From assembly GCA_951406725.2 (NCBI GenBank), contig OX597824.1, forward strand, positions 14,818,001 through 14,882,000: DNA of 64,000 nucleotides, written 5' to 3'. Origin of the DNA: Octopus vulgaris (taxonomy: Eukaryota). A program made the position numbers and the translations under genes. Under the pieces are notes generated by a model. It was not told where the DNA came from. It searched no databases and saw nothing but the letters and a program-made list of their open reading frames with translations. Position 1 is the first letter of the stretch. The number at the start of each line of letters is the position of its first letter. This document shows, piece after piece, positions 37,110 to 50,300 of this stretch.

Positions 37110-37966
37110 TAGCTGACATGGGGTTATACCAGAGAATAGTTGTCCAAGGTGTTGCACAAGAGTTCTGAATCTGAAACAAGATAGTTGGGAAGAGGAAAAC
37201 TCCCATGCATACAGCCATGCATGTGCTTATATATAAAATAAATAAATAAATAAATAAATGCACCCTTTTAAAGCCTAGCCAGGCTCATAGGCCCAGTTTC
37301 CCGGTTTCAATGGCATGTGTGTTCCCCAGCTGGACAGGACGCCAGTCCATCGCAGCGTTACTCATTTTTGCCAGCTGAGTGGACTGGAGCAACTTGAAAT
37401 GAAGTGTTTTGCTCAAGAACACAACGCGTCACCCGGTCCAGGAATCGAAACCACAATCTTACGATCGTGATGCTGACACCCTAACCACTAAGCCACGCGC
37501 CTCCACGTGTTTATATATAATGATTAGTAATTACATTGTAACAACCACCTCCTGATTATTACTATGATATAATTATTACTATAATTATAACAATTGTGAT
37601 TATTACTGTAACACCTGTCATGCAACTTATCTACTTCCAAATTTAGATGTCTTCACTCAATATATAATTTGTGATTCAGGTGTTGTCAGGCTTTTTGCAT
37701 ATGTGACTTATTGTCATTGTTACCAGTGGTTGTCAGAGGCATTCAACTGCTCTTAAGTGGCAACTGTGCCAGTGGCATGTAAGAGGCACCTGTGCTGGTG
37801 ACATGCGAAAAGCACCCATCGTCGTCGTCACCGTTTAACGTCCGCTTTCCATGCTAGCATGGGTTGGACGATTTGACTGAGGTCTGGCGAACCAGATGGC
37901 TGCACCAGGCTCCAATCTGATTTGGCAGAGTTTCTACAGCTGGATGCCCTTCCTAACACCAGCCAC

Positions 37967-38004
<38 letters not shown>

Positions 38005-38609
38005 CATGGGTTGGACGATTTGACTGAGGTCTGGCAAACCAGATGGCTGCACCAGGCTCCAATCTGATCTGGCAGAGTTTCTACACTGGATGCCCTTCCT
38101 AATGCCAACCACTCAGAGAGTGTAGTGGGTGCTTTTACGTGCCACTGGCACGAGGGCCAGTTAGGCAGTACTGGCAACGGCCACACTCAAATGGTGCATT
38201 TTATGTGTCACCTGCACAGGAGCCAGTCCAGCGGCACTGGCAACAACCTTGCTCGAATATTTTTTTTTTTATCATTAAACTTCTCTTTGAATCTAATGAG
38301 ACTATTGTTCATGAATACAATTAATAAAAAAAAAAATTATCAAGTAGTTGGGTCATTTATTATTTATGGTATCATGGAGTGAAGGTGATAAGTTCAGAGA
38401 TAATTTCTAATGGAATGAATCACAAATACTGGTATGGAATTCATTAAACATTCAAAATATCTATTTTGGCTACCAAATCTATTCAATGAATTTCCCTTGA
38501 CTTCAGTTATTCAGCTGTTTGATCAAATGAACCTAATACTTATTGAATTAACATGTAAGTGGCTGAACAGCCAACAGAAGCATGTAACCCAAAATCTTTT
38601 GATTTTGTG

Positions 38610-38990
38610 GAAGCACTCCGTCGGTTACGACGATGAGAGTTCCGGTTGATCCGAATCAACGGAACAGCCTGCTCGTGAAATTAATGTGTAAGTGGCTGAG
38701 CACTCCACAGACACGTGCACCCTAAACGTAATTCTCGGGGATATTCAGCGTGACACAGAGAGTGACAAGGCCAGCCCCTTGAAATACAGGTACAACAGAA
38801 ACAGGAAGTAAGAGTGAGAGAAAGTTGTGGTGAAAGAGTACAGCAGGGATCACCACCATCCCCTGCCGGAGCCTCGTGGAGCTTTTAGGTGTTTTCGCTC
38901 AATAAACACTCACAACGCCCGGTCTGGGAATCGAAACCACGATCCTATGACCACGAGTCCGCTGCCCTAACCACTGGGCCATTGCGCCTC
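38610..38990 (-). mobile_element. tRNA-derived SINE family D (GGAGGCGCAATGGCCCAGTGGTTAGG head)
   Basis: tRNA-like A/B boxes; related copies at ~16265(+), 20745-21048(-), 23321(+), 60137(+). Confidence 0.85.
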
Positions 38991-40675
38991 CACCCTTTTG
39001 ATATTAACTCACTTCAGACTCCCTTTCATTCTATAATTGAAATCTTGCAAGATTACTTTCCCATTCACCCTGTCCAATCCTTGGTTTTGCTTATATACAC
39101 CTCCCTGTAGCTGAATGTACCCACCTCCACCATCACATCTTCACTGTTTCTCTTCTTTATCTTTCCTCTTTCTCTCCAACTAACGCAGCCATGTATCTCC
39201 TTTATTGCCAGATACCTATTTTTGCCCTTCTATTCACACTTTAACCACTCACAACCAGACACAAACTCACCTCCCTCAAAACTACTCCCCACTCAGTTGA
39301 GGGGTCTTGTCTTGTAATTCATTTGGTGGTCTCACTGCTGCTTGGCACCACGTAAAAAGCACTCAGAAAGCTCTGTAAACTGGTTGGTGTTAGGAAAGAC
39401 ATCCAGTGGTAGGAACCATGCCAAAGTAGACAGTAAAGTTTGGTGCAGTCTTCTAACTTGCCAGTTCCTATTAAACCATTCAGCCAATGCTAGTATAGGA
39501 AACATGTTAAATAATGATGATACAAACTTCAGTATCAAAATTGTCTAAGTTAAAACTTTGCATCAAAATTTCATTTTAATATGTTCCAAACATCAGCTTC
39601 AATCTGATAAAGTCATTTTTACTAAATTCTTCCTTATTTTCTAAATAAATTAAACAAAGGATAGGGCATTACTATTTTTTAATCTCACAACGAGAGATAT
39701 TCAGCAACAGTACTTTGGAGTAAAGATTGTTTGCCAACATAACATGGCAGTCCTGGTTTAGGACGAATGTTACTGTAATTTAGCCCTAGGAGAATCATTG
39801 ACCCAGTTTCACTCCCAAGGTTAGTACTATGCACGTGGCTTAATGATTAAGGTGTTGGACTTTTGATCATAAGATTGTGAATTCAATTTCTAGACAAGGT
39901 GGTGCATTGTTTTCTTGAGCAAGACACTTCATTTCCCGTTGCTCCAGTCCACGGGGCTGGCAAAAATGAGTAATCCCGTGACAGACCAACGTCCTGTCCA
40001 GGGGGAATATATATGCCATGAAGCTGGGAAACTGGCCCTTGTGGGTCAGTATGATTTGAGAAGGTAACTTACTTACTAACAAGGTTTGGGTTGAACCGAG
40101 GTCTTGGTAAAAGACAAATTCTGAAGATGTTATGCAATGCAATCAAAACTGAGGTTTCAAGGCTGTGAAAGAAAATTCTGAACTATTCAGCTATATTGTA
40201 TCTATAGTCTATGTAAAAACAATAGAAAGCAGCTGATAAGAAGTACAACTGGGCTGTTAACTAATTATACATCAATTAATCACTGTAATTATTACCGTAC
40301 AATTGGGTCATTCTTGTTTAAAAAACAATGAGAAAATTGGGTTAATAAGAGGAACCTTTAAATGATCAGTTGACCAGCTATGAATAGCAGTCAAATCTCC
40401 CTCTAGATGCTGTCTTAAAAGGGGACACATTTGATAATGTGAGGCTGAGTGTAGGAGAGAGACAGGATGGTCATAATTGGAAGGTCTTTGATCATAGGTC
40501 TTCTCTGTTAGGCTGACCAAGGGGTAAACATCACCAGCACTAGCACCACCACCTATCTTGTATGATGACAGATAGGATATTCATCTAATATAACAAATGT
40601 GAATGTCAGTGTGTCACACTTTTTCAACTTTACTCCTAGAGGCCGTAGCCCAATATATTATACCGTTTTGGAATC

Positions 40676-41003
40676 AGGCCAACTCCATGGGTAAATAAAA
40701 AACTTTCTGGGCTGAATCCAGGCCAGCAATCCTGAAATTTGGGATTCCCAAGTTTTCATTACTGAAATTGTTTATGGTGATTTTTTAATGTGATTTTTGG
40801 CAACAAATTTTTTTTGTACGATAACAATTTTTATAATCTAAAGGCCAACTCCATGAGTAAATTAAAAACATTCCAGGCTGAATCCAGAGCTGCAATCCTG
40901 AAATTTTGGCTACCCACGTTTTCATTAGTGTGGTTGTTTTTGGCGATTTTTTAATGTGATTTTTTGCGAACAAATTTTTTTGAAGAATAACAATTTTTAT
41001 AAC
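40676..41003. repeat. ~166-bp diverged tandem repeat (2 units plus a decayed third)
   Basis: AGGCCAACTCCATG at 40676 and 40842. Confidence 0.85.
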
Positions 41004-41576
41004 TTGGAAAAAAAATTTGGGGAATAACCGAAATTAATTGCAAAATCCAGCGATTGTTTTTGGTGATTTTTGCGATGAATATAATCATCATCTGGATGTG
41101 ATTTTGGAGGAAGCAATTGCAACAAATTCCCCAAAACAAGTCAGTGATTTGTTTGCAGATCTTCCAATCCAGGGCCAGTAGCTTAGAAGCTGCCCAATAG
41201 GGTAGCCTTTTAAGTTAGTTCTGCTATATATCAGGATGTATTACAGTTCAAAGAATTGCTCTGATTTTATTGTCTTGTCTGGTTGTGTATTTCTTAGGCA
41301 TTGTATGACCGCAACATGGTTGCTATCATTGTCACCAATGGCGTCGTGTCCAGTTTTCTACGCTTCCATGGTTGGACAGAATTTTTGTTAAGATGGATCT
41401 TTTCTAAGGCCAAGATGCCCTCCCTCTTGCCAATCCTCCACTTTCTGCCTACAAGACTTTGATTGATGAACCTGGGGCTGTAGTAGAAGACACTTGCTGA
41501 AGCAGCCACATGGTGGGATTGAACCTAAGATTACAAAGTTGGAAAGTAAGCTTCTTAACCAAACAGCCAAGCCTAC

Positions 41577-42023
41577 AAACCACATGGTTCTGGGTTCAGT
41601 CCCACTGCGTGACACCTTGGGTTCTACTATAGAACCCGGTCCAACCAAAGCCTTGTGAGTGGATTTGGTAGACGGAAACTAAAAGAAGCTCATTGTGTGT
41701 GAATATATATATATATATATATATACTCTTTTACTTGTGTCAGTCATTTGACTGTGGCCATGCTGGAGTCTAGTACTTATTTTATCGGTCTCTTTTGCTG
41801 AACCACTAAGTTACAGGGACGTAAACACACCAGCATCGGTTGTCAAGCGATGTTGGAGGGGACAAACACAGACACACAAACATATACACACATACGTATA
41901 TATATATATATATATACGACAGGCTTCTTTCAGTTTCCATCTACCAAATCCACTCACAAGGCTTTGTTAGCACAAGGCTATAGCTCAAGGTGCCATGTTA
42001 CTTACTACACAACCACTCCTACG

Positions 42024-42090
<67 letters not shown>

Positions 42091-42297
42091 TTATGTGTGT
42101 TTGTGATTGTCCTCCCCTCCATAGGTTGACAACTGATGGTGGTGTGTTTGCATCCCTGTAACTTAGCGGTTCAACAAAAGCAACCAGTAGAATAAGTACT
42201 AGGCTTACAAAGAATAAGTTCTGGGGCTGATTTGTTCGACTAAAAGGCGGTGCTCCAGCATGGCCGCAGTCAAATGACTGAAACAAGTAAAAGAGTA
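41577..42297. mobile_element. SINE family A (+) with a second copy (-, ~41725-42027) nested in its central (TA)n
   Basis: Order is head(+), TA repeat, reversed copy, TA repeat, tail(+). Confidence 0.85.
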
Positions 42298-42604
42298 GAA
42301 GATGAGTATTGTTGTTTTGCTTGTAATTTATGTGACTGTATCAGATGTGTTTTGGTGACCAGTAAACAGTTATCAGCATCACCATATCTTGGCTAGTCAC
42401 TTCTGAAGTGCTGACGTATTTCCAGGAAAGCACAACTTGACCCAATATTTTAACAATAACAACCAATTACACAAAGATAGCAAACAAATTTGTGCAGAGA
42501 AAGGGGAGAGGCGGGGTGAGATGGGGGGGGGGGGACAAAAGAGGTGGAGATGGAAGGAAGAAGAACAGGAGCAGAAATCAACAGATAACGGTATATACTA
42601 TAAT

Positions 42605-43260
42605 GGCGGCGAGATGGCAGAAACGTTAGCACATCAGGCGAAATGCTTAGCGGTATTTCGGCTGCCGCTACGATCTGAGTTCAAATTCCGCCGAGGTCGA
42701 CTTGCCTTTCATCCTTTCGGGGTCGATAAATTAAGTATCAGTTATGCACTGGGGTCAATATAACCAACTTAATCCGTTTGTCTGTCCTTGTTTGTCCCCT
42801 CTGTGTTTAGCCCCTTGTGGGTAATAAAGAAATAGGTATATGCTATAATGGTGGCGAGATGGCAGAAACGTTAGCACGCCGGGAGAAATGCTTAGCAGTA
42901 TTTCGGCTGCTGCTACGTTCTGAGTTCAAATTCCGCCGAGGTCGACTTTGCCTTTCATCCTTTCGGGGTCGATTAAATAAGTACCAGTTACGCACTGATT
43001 CGATATAGTCGACTAAATACGTTTCTCTGTCTTTGTTTGTCCCCTCTGTGTTTAGCCCCTTGTGGGTAGTAAAGAAATAGGTATTTCGTCTGCCACTACG
43101 TTCTGAGTTCAAATTCAACCAATGTCAACTTTACCTTTCATCCTTTCGGGGTCGATTAAATAAGTACCAGTTACGCACTGGGATCGATGTAATCCACTTA
43201 ATACCTATGTCTGTCCTTGTTTCTCTGTGTTTAGCCCCTTGTGGGTAGTAAAGAAATAAG
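42605..43260 (+). mobile_element. Three head-to-tail SINE family B units
   Basis: Units start at ~42605, ~42849 and ~43080 (truncated); GTATATACTATAAT flanks the array. Confidence 0.9.
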
Positions 43261-44097
43261 TATATACTATAATGGTTTCAAAGTTTGAGGGGAGTGGATA
43301 AGTTGATAACATTGACCCCAGTGCTCAACTGGTACTTATTTTATTGACTCCGAAAGGATGAAAAGCCAAGTCAGTCTCAGTGGAATTTGAACTCAGAATG
43401 TAAAGACGGATGAAATGCTGCCTCATTTTTGCCTGCTGCTCTAACGATTCTGCTCGTTAGCTGCCTTAGCATATGTTCGTTTATTCTTATATTTGTTTCA
43501 GTCATTTAGCTGTAGCCATGCTGGAGCACTGCCTTTAGTCAAGCAAATCGACCTCAGGCCTTATTCTTTGTAAGCCTAGTACTCATTCTATTGGTTTTCC
43601 TTTTTGCCAAACCGCTAAGTTACGGGGACGTAAACACACCAGCATTAGTTCTCAAGTGATGGCTGGGGGACAAACAGACACACAAACACACACATGCAAA
43701 TATATTTATATATATATATGTTTATATATATGATAGCGTTTGTTGGGATCTAATGTCACTCAAATGCTCTGATACCCTCCAGAATGCAAGAAGACTAATA
43801 GTTCAACTAATGACTTTTCAGAAAAACTTGCCACCATTATATACTAAGAAGATATTTTAATTATTTTTTTGTCTTTTATGTGGGCACAGTAGTCTCATTT
43901 TCATAAAATGTACTCAGCAGTCCATGTTATGTAAGTGCAAATCTTAGTGCTTTATGGGTTAAAAACATTTTAGGCAAACAACCTTTAGTCAATCAGAAGA
44001 GCTATATCAAGGGACATAAGCCAACAACAGTGTCTTCATGATGCCTCTGGACATGGTAGAAATAGCAGCTAAATGTCTGTTAAATTACACCATACCT

Positions 44098-44336
44098 ATT
44101 TCTTTATTTCTTTATTACCCACAAGGGGCTAAACATAGAGGGGACAAACAAGGACAGACAAACGGATTAAGTCGATTATATCAACGTCAGTGCGTAACTG
44201 GTACTTAATTTATCAACCCCAAAAGGATGAAAGGCAAAGTCGACCTCGGCGGAATTTGAACTCAGAATGTAACGGCAGACGAAATACGACTACGCATTTC
44301 GCCCGGCGTGCTAACGTTTCTGCCAGCTCACTGCCT
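44098..44336 (-). mobile_element. SINE family B copy
   Basis: AATTACACCATACC repeated on both flanks. Confidence 0.88.
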
Positions 44337-45866
44337 TTCATAATTGAATTACACCATACCATCTTCAAAGAAGAAATTCACTTTGGCTATAGCAATTGTC
44401 AATACACTACGTTTGGAAAAAAGAGATGATCATGGTTAGTCACTTAGTCACATCTCTGATCATAGGTCAGTTGATGAAGCAAGCCTCAGGGTTAAACAAC
44501 ACACACACACTTGTATATTTGAAAATGACTGTTGCTGTTTAGCATTTGATTAAGTTCTGTCCACAATTTGGTCAGAGCTGATTAAATATATTCTTTAGTT
44601 TTCTTTCTTTTATTTTTTTTAATTTAAAGTTTCAGCTCAGAGCTGCGGCCATGCTGATGCACCGCCGTTTTGCGCTACACTGTTATTACTAGGAGCTTCC
44701 TCTAATATGTGACACTTGAAGAATGGAGTTGGATACAGCTACCCTCATTTCTAGATCCTCATATTATTTCTTGCTCTAAACATTCCTGCATAAGCTGACA
44801 CTGGGTGTATCTATTATGATAGTGCCAACAGTAGACAGTCTTTGTAGAACTTAAGTGTTTTTCACGTTACATAAACATACACATCTAGCAACTACATCAG
44901 TGTAAGTGGACATATTTACATGAACAGCATATGTAATTGTTCTCAAGTGGCCATTTCAGATCTTATATTTCCACTCTAATCTCTGGCTGAAATCTCATAT
45001 CTCATCTTGTACTGCGTAGGACTTATATAATAGTCGGAGACAAAAGATAATAATAAATGTATTCTATGAAGTAGGGAGCTATGTAGAAAGAGTAGCTGAT
45101 GAGAACTGGATGCTGAAGACAGGTTAAAAAGGAAATAAATTCCAGAAAATATAAGGTGAAGATGGGATAGATATTTCAAACATCTCAACAAAAAAAAATC
45201 ATATAGCAGGTAACAGAAGACTTAATTATATGTAGTGTTACAACTGATAATGCTGGGTGGATGGGTCACTTATTGAATATAAAGATTTTAATAAATTTAA
45301 GCATGAAGTTAAATTTTAAGGTTTAAGTTCAAATTACTATCACCACTGAATAATCGGTTACAAAAAGGTAAAGTAAAGTTACTCTCTTGAATCATACCAA
45401 CTCACAACGGCTGGTTTCCCGGTTTCATGGCATACATATTCCTCACCTGGATAGGACACCAGTCCATCGCAGGATTACTCATTTTTGCTGAGTGGACTGG
45501 AGCAACTTGAAATGAAGTGTTTTTTGCTCAAAAGCACAATGCGTCGCCTGGTCCAGGAATTGAAACCACAGTCTTACAGTCACGAGTCCAATACCCTAAC
45601 CACTGAGTCACACACCTTCACAACTGGAGAAACAGTACACAAATGTATTACTACCAATACAGATTTATGCTATGTGCAAATGGTTCCAGTTATCTTCATT
45701 ATTCAGGTTGTGCGGCCCAAGAATACTTTTGTGATATGTATTCTAAAATCGAAGGAACGAGATTACAGAGGATAAGATCAAGTAATTAAAAGAAACAAAC
45801 TCTTTTATGATTGTACAGACTCTGAAACGATGAATATTGGCAAAAGAACAGATATCTCCAGCATCA

Positions 45867-46097
45867 TTAAACCCTTTCGTTACTAACCCGGCCAAAACCG
45901 GCTCTGGCTCTGTAGTACAAATGTCTTGTTTTCATAAGTTTTGCATCAAAATATACCACCAAACCTTAGTTGCAATTTATATTCCTAACACTAGCGTAAT
46001 GATAGCTAAGTTATTTTACTTAAATTCTTTGTTATATTTAAAATAATTGAAAGAAACACAGAGTATCTCAACAGAAATACGGTAACGAAAGGGTTAA
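45867..46097. mobile_element. piggyBac-type MITE (TTAA, CCCTTTCGTTAC TIR)
   Basis: CCCTTTCGTTAC..GTAACGAAAGGG|TTAA. Relatives at 8173-8536, 15607-15844, 34170-34740. Confidence 0.8.
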
Positions 46098-46928
46098 GAG
46101 GCTTAGACTAAAAATGTATGAACATTAAGAAAAGCAGATTAAAAAAAAATTTTTTTTTTACTTTCCAACAAATTATAGAGAACTGTACCATTGAGAAAAG
46201 AACGGCAGATAAAGTAGCTTGAACCCTTTGAGCCCTAACCCTAACCCGCAGGAATTGAATGCACCACCCTAAGCTCCCAGCGAGCTTCACTGGAAATTTT
46301 AAATTTTAGAATACATATGCAGAACGACATGCTCATTTCACAACACAAGGTTACAAAACGGTGAAAAATGAAGACACGTGGAGAAATGGTAGACATAGTG
46401 CCGGTGCACCAACATTTTGGGTTTTAAGGGTTAAGAAATATGATCTTCCATATAAAGACACTCCTTTGTGAGAATCAATATTTTGAGATCAGTCTTCACC
46501 ACTTCATCCTAGGTTTTCCTTCCTCTCTTTCTTCCTCGGGTTCCATTCACATTGAGCAAACAGTACTTCTTGATGGAGCAGTCTTTCTCTGTATGAATTA
46601 CATACCTGTGCCAGCACAATTCTCTCTCTTGCATACTGTACATGTTAAAAAAGGATGATTGAATCTCTCTTGTATAGAAATGACATATACTATTCCTACA
46701 CAAGGAATAGTTATTCCGTTATTCAGTTATTCCCTACTGAAGTAGACTGATCTGAATTAAAAACTGTTTCAATAATATAAAGGAAAGAGTTAATTCATTC
46801 TTTCGCTTCTTCACATGTAATTATCCATTGGAGTTTTACTGTCAGCTTTTTTTTTTTTACCAACAGCTATCAATACAGTAACTATGACCACAGCTTGTTT
46901 TGGAGAAATTGGCTGTTTCATTGTCAAA

Positions 46929-47338
46929 GGTGCAGGAGTGGCTGTGTGGTAAGTAGCTTGCTTACCAACCACATGGTTCCGGGTTCATTCCCACTGCGTG
47001 GCACCTTGGGCAAGTGTCTTCTACTGTAGCCTCAGGTCCACCAATGCCTTGTGAGTGGATCTGGTAGGCAGAAACTGAAAGAAGCCCGTTGTATATATGT
47101 ATATATATATATATATATATGTATGCGTATATGTTTGTGTGTCTGTGTTTGTTCCCCCAGCATCGTTTGACAACCGATGCTGGTGTGTTTACGTCCCCGT
47201 AACTTGGAGGTTCAGCAAAAGAGACCGATAGAATAAGTACTAGGCTTACAAAGAATAAGTCCTAGGGTCGATTTGCTCGAATAAAGGTGGTGCTCCAGTA
47301 TGGCCACAGTCAAATGACTGAAACAAGTAAAAAAGTAA
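46929..47338 (+). mobile_element. SINE family A copy
   Basis: Full length. Confidence 0.9.
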
Positions 47339-50300
47339 ATGTCAGTCATATTTTAAAAAGGGTTATAAGTTAGAGCTAGAAGAATACAATGGAACTGCAT
47401 TGGTAGAACTAGTGAGTTTGTATATGTATAACTAGCACAGTATCATGTCCAAGATTAAGGCAGTGTGCTGGCAGAATCGCTAGCATGCCGGGCGAAATGC
47501 TTAGTGGTATTTCGTCTGCCGCTACGTTCTGAGTTCAAATTCTGCCGACGTCGACTTTGCCTTTCATCCTTTCCGGGTCGATTAAATAAGTACCAGGTAC
47601 ACACAGGGGTCGATGTAATCGACTTAATCCTTTTGTCTGTCCTTGTTTGTCCCCTCTGTGTTTAGCCCCTTGTGGGTAGTAAAAGAAATAGGTATTTCGT
47701 CTGCTGTTATGTTCTGAGTTCAAATTCCGCCGAGGTCGACTTTGTCTTTCATCCTTTCAGGGTCAATAAATTAAGTACCAGTTAAAATCGTAGACTCATC
47801 GTAGACGTGCACTAATAGCCAGACGGGCTTGATATGAATCATGACAATAAGATACCCGAATTTGGTTAAACTGCACCGCAAAATGTGGGAGTAGTTAGGA
47901 ATCTAAATCGAAGGGGACAGACACTCACACAACTACAGTTTTATATATATAGATATATTCACCAAGGTCATAACATTGAAACAGTGACTATTAGAGGAGA
48001 AACTGATGCTCAAGGACAAGAAGCAAAAAAAAACCAGATGAAATTGATAATTATATTAATGGCCATTATATATTTCAGTATCAAAAACAGTGAGAAAAAT
48101 TGCTGGAGTTTAAATTAAAATGTTGGCAGCATCTACCTGTGGAATCTAATGGTCTCGCTTGGAAGGATAATTAGGTTTGTTTCAATGGCAATGAAGAAAC
48201 TGGACAAATTATTAAAAGAAATAACTCAGGCGGTTATAAATAAATAAATAAATAAGGAGGCGAGCTGGCAGAAACATTAGCGCTGGCATTTCGCTGGCCA
48301 TTATGTTCTGAGTTCAAATTCTGCCGAGGTCGAATTTGCCTTTCATCCTTTTGGGGTCGATAAATTAAGTATCAGTTGTGTATTGGAGTCGATCTAATCG
48401 ACTGGCCCCCTTCGCAAAAATTTCAGGCCTTGTGCCTAGAGTAGAAAAGAATATTTGAACTGTCTTGAAGGTGGCGAGCTGGCAGAAACATTAGCACGCT
48501 GGGCGAAATGCTTAGCGGTATTTCGTCTGCTGTTACGTTCTGAGTTCAAATTCCACTGAGGTCGATAAATTAAGTACCAGTTGCGCACTGGGGTCGATGT
48601 AATCTACTTAATCCAGTTGTCTGTCCTCTCTATGTTTAGCCCCTTGTGGGCAATAAAGAAATAAGAAATAACTCAGCTCTAACCAATTTCCCAGAGAATT
48701 ACATACAAGATGGAAGCAAGAAAATGTAAAATGATAGAAAGATTAACACCCACATCATCAGACCAGGTATCTTTGATTCTCCAAAAATGACAGTGTATAG
48801 AAGGAAGTGGTTAGGGTTAATTGTTTTTTTTTTAACTTCTTGAGCCTTCTGGTCTTCTTCAAGCCCTCTTGGGTCTGTTGAAATTGATGTTAAGGTTTCG
48901 CTTAAACTGTTGTAGGTAGACACTTAGAGGAAAAGCATGAAGAGGACAGGGATTTCGAGAGGGCCTCCGTTTAATATGTAATACTATGTGATTTGGTTTG
49001 TTTAGATTGACAAGTTTATAACTGATTTGAGGACCTCACAGCTATTCACTACACCATAGTCTAATAGTCAGTATGACGTTGGTGAATATATTTACTTAAA
49101 TATTTTAAATATATCTGGTTAGGAAGACCATGAATGACAGGTAGTTGAAATGGTAATGGTAAGGGAGTGATGGATGATAAGAAAAGGGTGACCTCAAAGA
49201 GAAAAAGTGATAAAGGTCAGCACAAGCAAATCATTGGATATTGATAGGGTTGATGTGATCCCTTGTTGCTCAGGCATTGTGAAGGGAAAGAAACACTAGG
49301 GGCAACTACGTTTGCTGTTAAGAGAGAGAGAGCATGAGTGATGGGTAGTCATAGAAATGGTCAGTTTTAAATGTGTAAAAGATAACATGGTGTAGTGAAT
49401 AGGTGATGAAAAGAGGAGAGGATACTGAATGGGAGATGGAGATTTTATATGAACAAAATGGGTAAAAGACCCAGTTATGCTGTGCTTGAGAAGACCTGGC
49501 AAGCCAAATGAGACCATAACTTTGTGGCCTATGCCAGGGGTGTAACCAGCCCACCTATGTGTACCTTTCCTTCATTGGACACTAAACCCTGCTTGCGAAG
49601 ACCTGATTAGGCTTGTGAAATCGAAATCAAATTCAATGACTGGCATCCGTGCTAGTGGAGCGCTAAGAGCACCATCTGAGCGTGATCCTTGCCAGAACTG
49701 CTAACCGGCTTCTGTGCCGGTGGCACATAAAAAGCACCATTCAAGCGTGATCGTTACCAGCATCACCTTACTGGCACTTGTGCCGGTGGTAAGTGAAAAA
49801 AGATTTGAGTGAGGTCATTGCCAGTGCCGCTGGACTGGCTCCTGTTCAGGTGGCACGTAAAAAACACCTTTTGAGCATGGCCCTTGCCAGTACCGCCTGA
49901 CTGGTCCTCGTGCTGGTGGCGTGTAAAAGCACCCACTAGACTCTCGGAGTGGTTGGCGTAAGGAAGGGCATCAAGCTGTAGAAACTCTGCCTGATCAAGA
50001 TTGGAGTCTCGTGCAGCCATCTGGTTTGCCAGACCTCAGTCAAATCATCCAACCCATGCTAGCATGGAAAGCAGACGTTAAACGATGACGATGATACTAT
50101 AATCTCAATCATTACTCCTATTTCAACATTTGTTTCCCCAAGCTTTCACAGGTGGCTGAGTTTTTCTTGAGTGTTGCCAATCTTCATAATCAATTACCAC
50201 CTCCTTTGTGAGAATCAATATTTTGAGATCAGTCTTCACCACTTCATCCTAAGTTTTCCTTCCTCAGGTTCCATTCACATTGAGCAAACAGTACTTCTTG

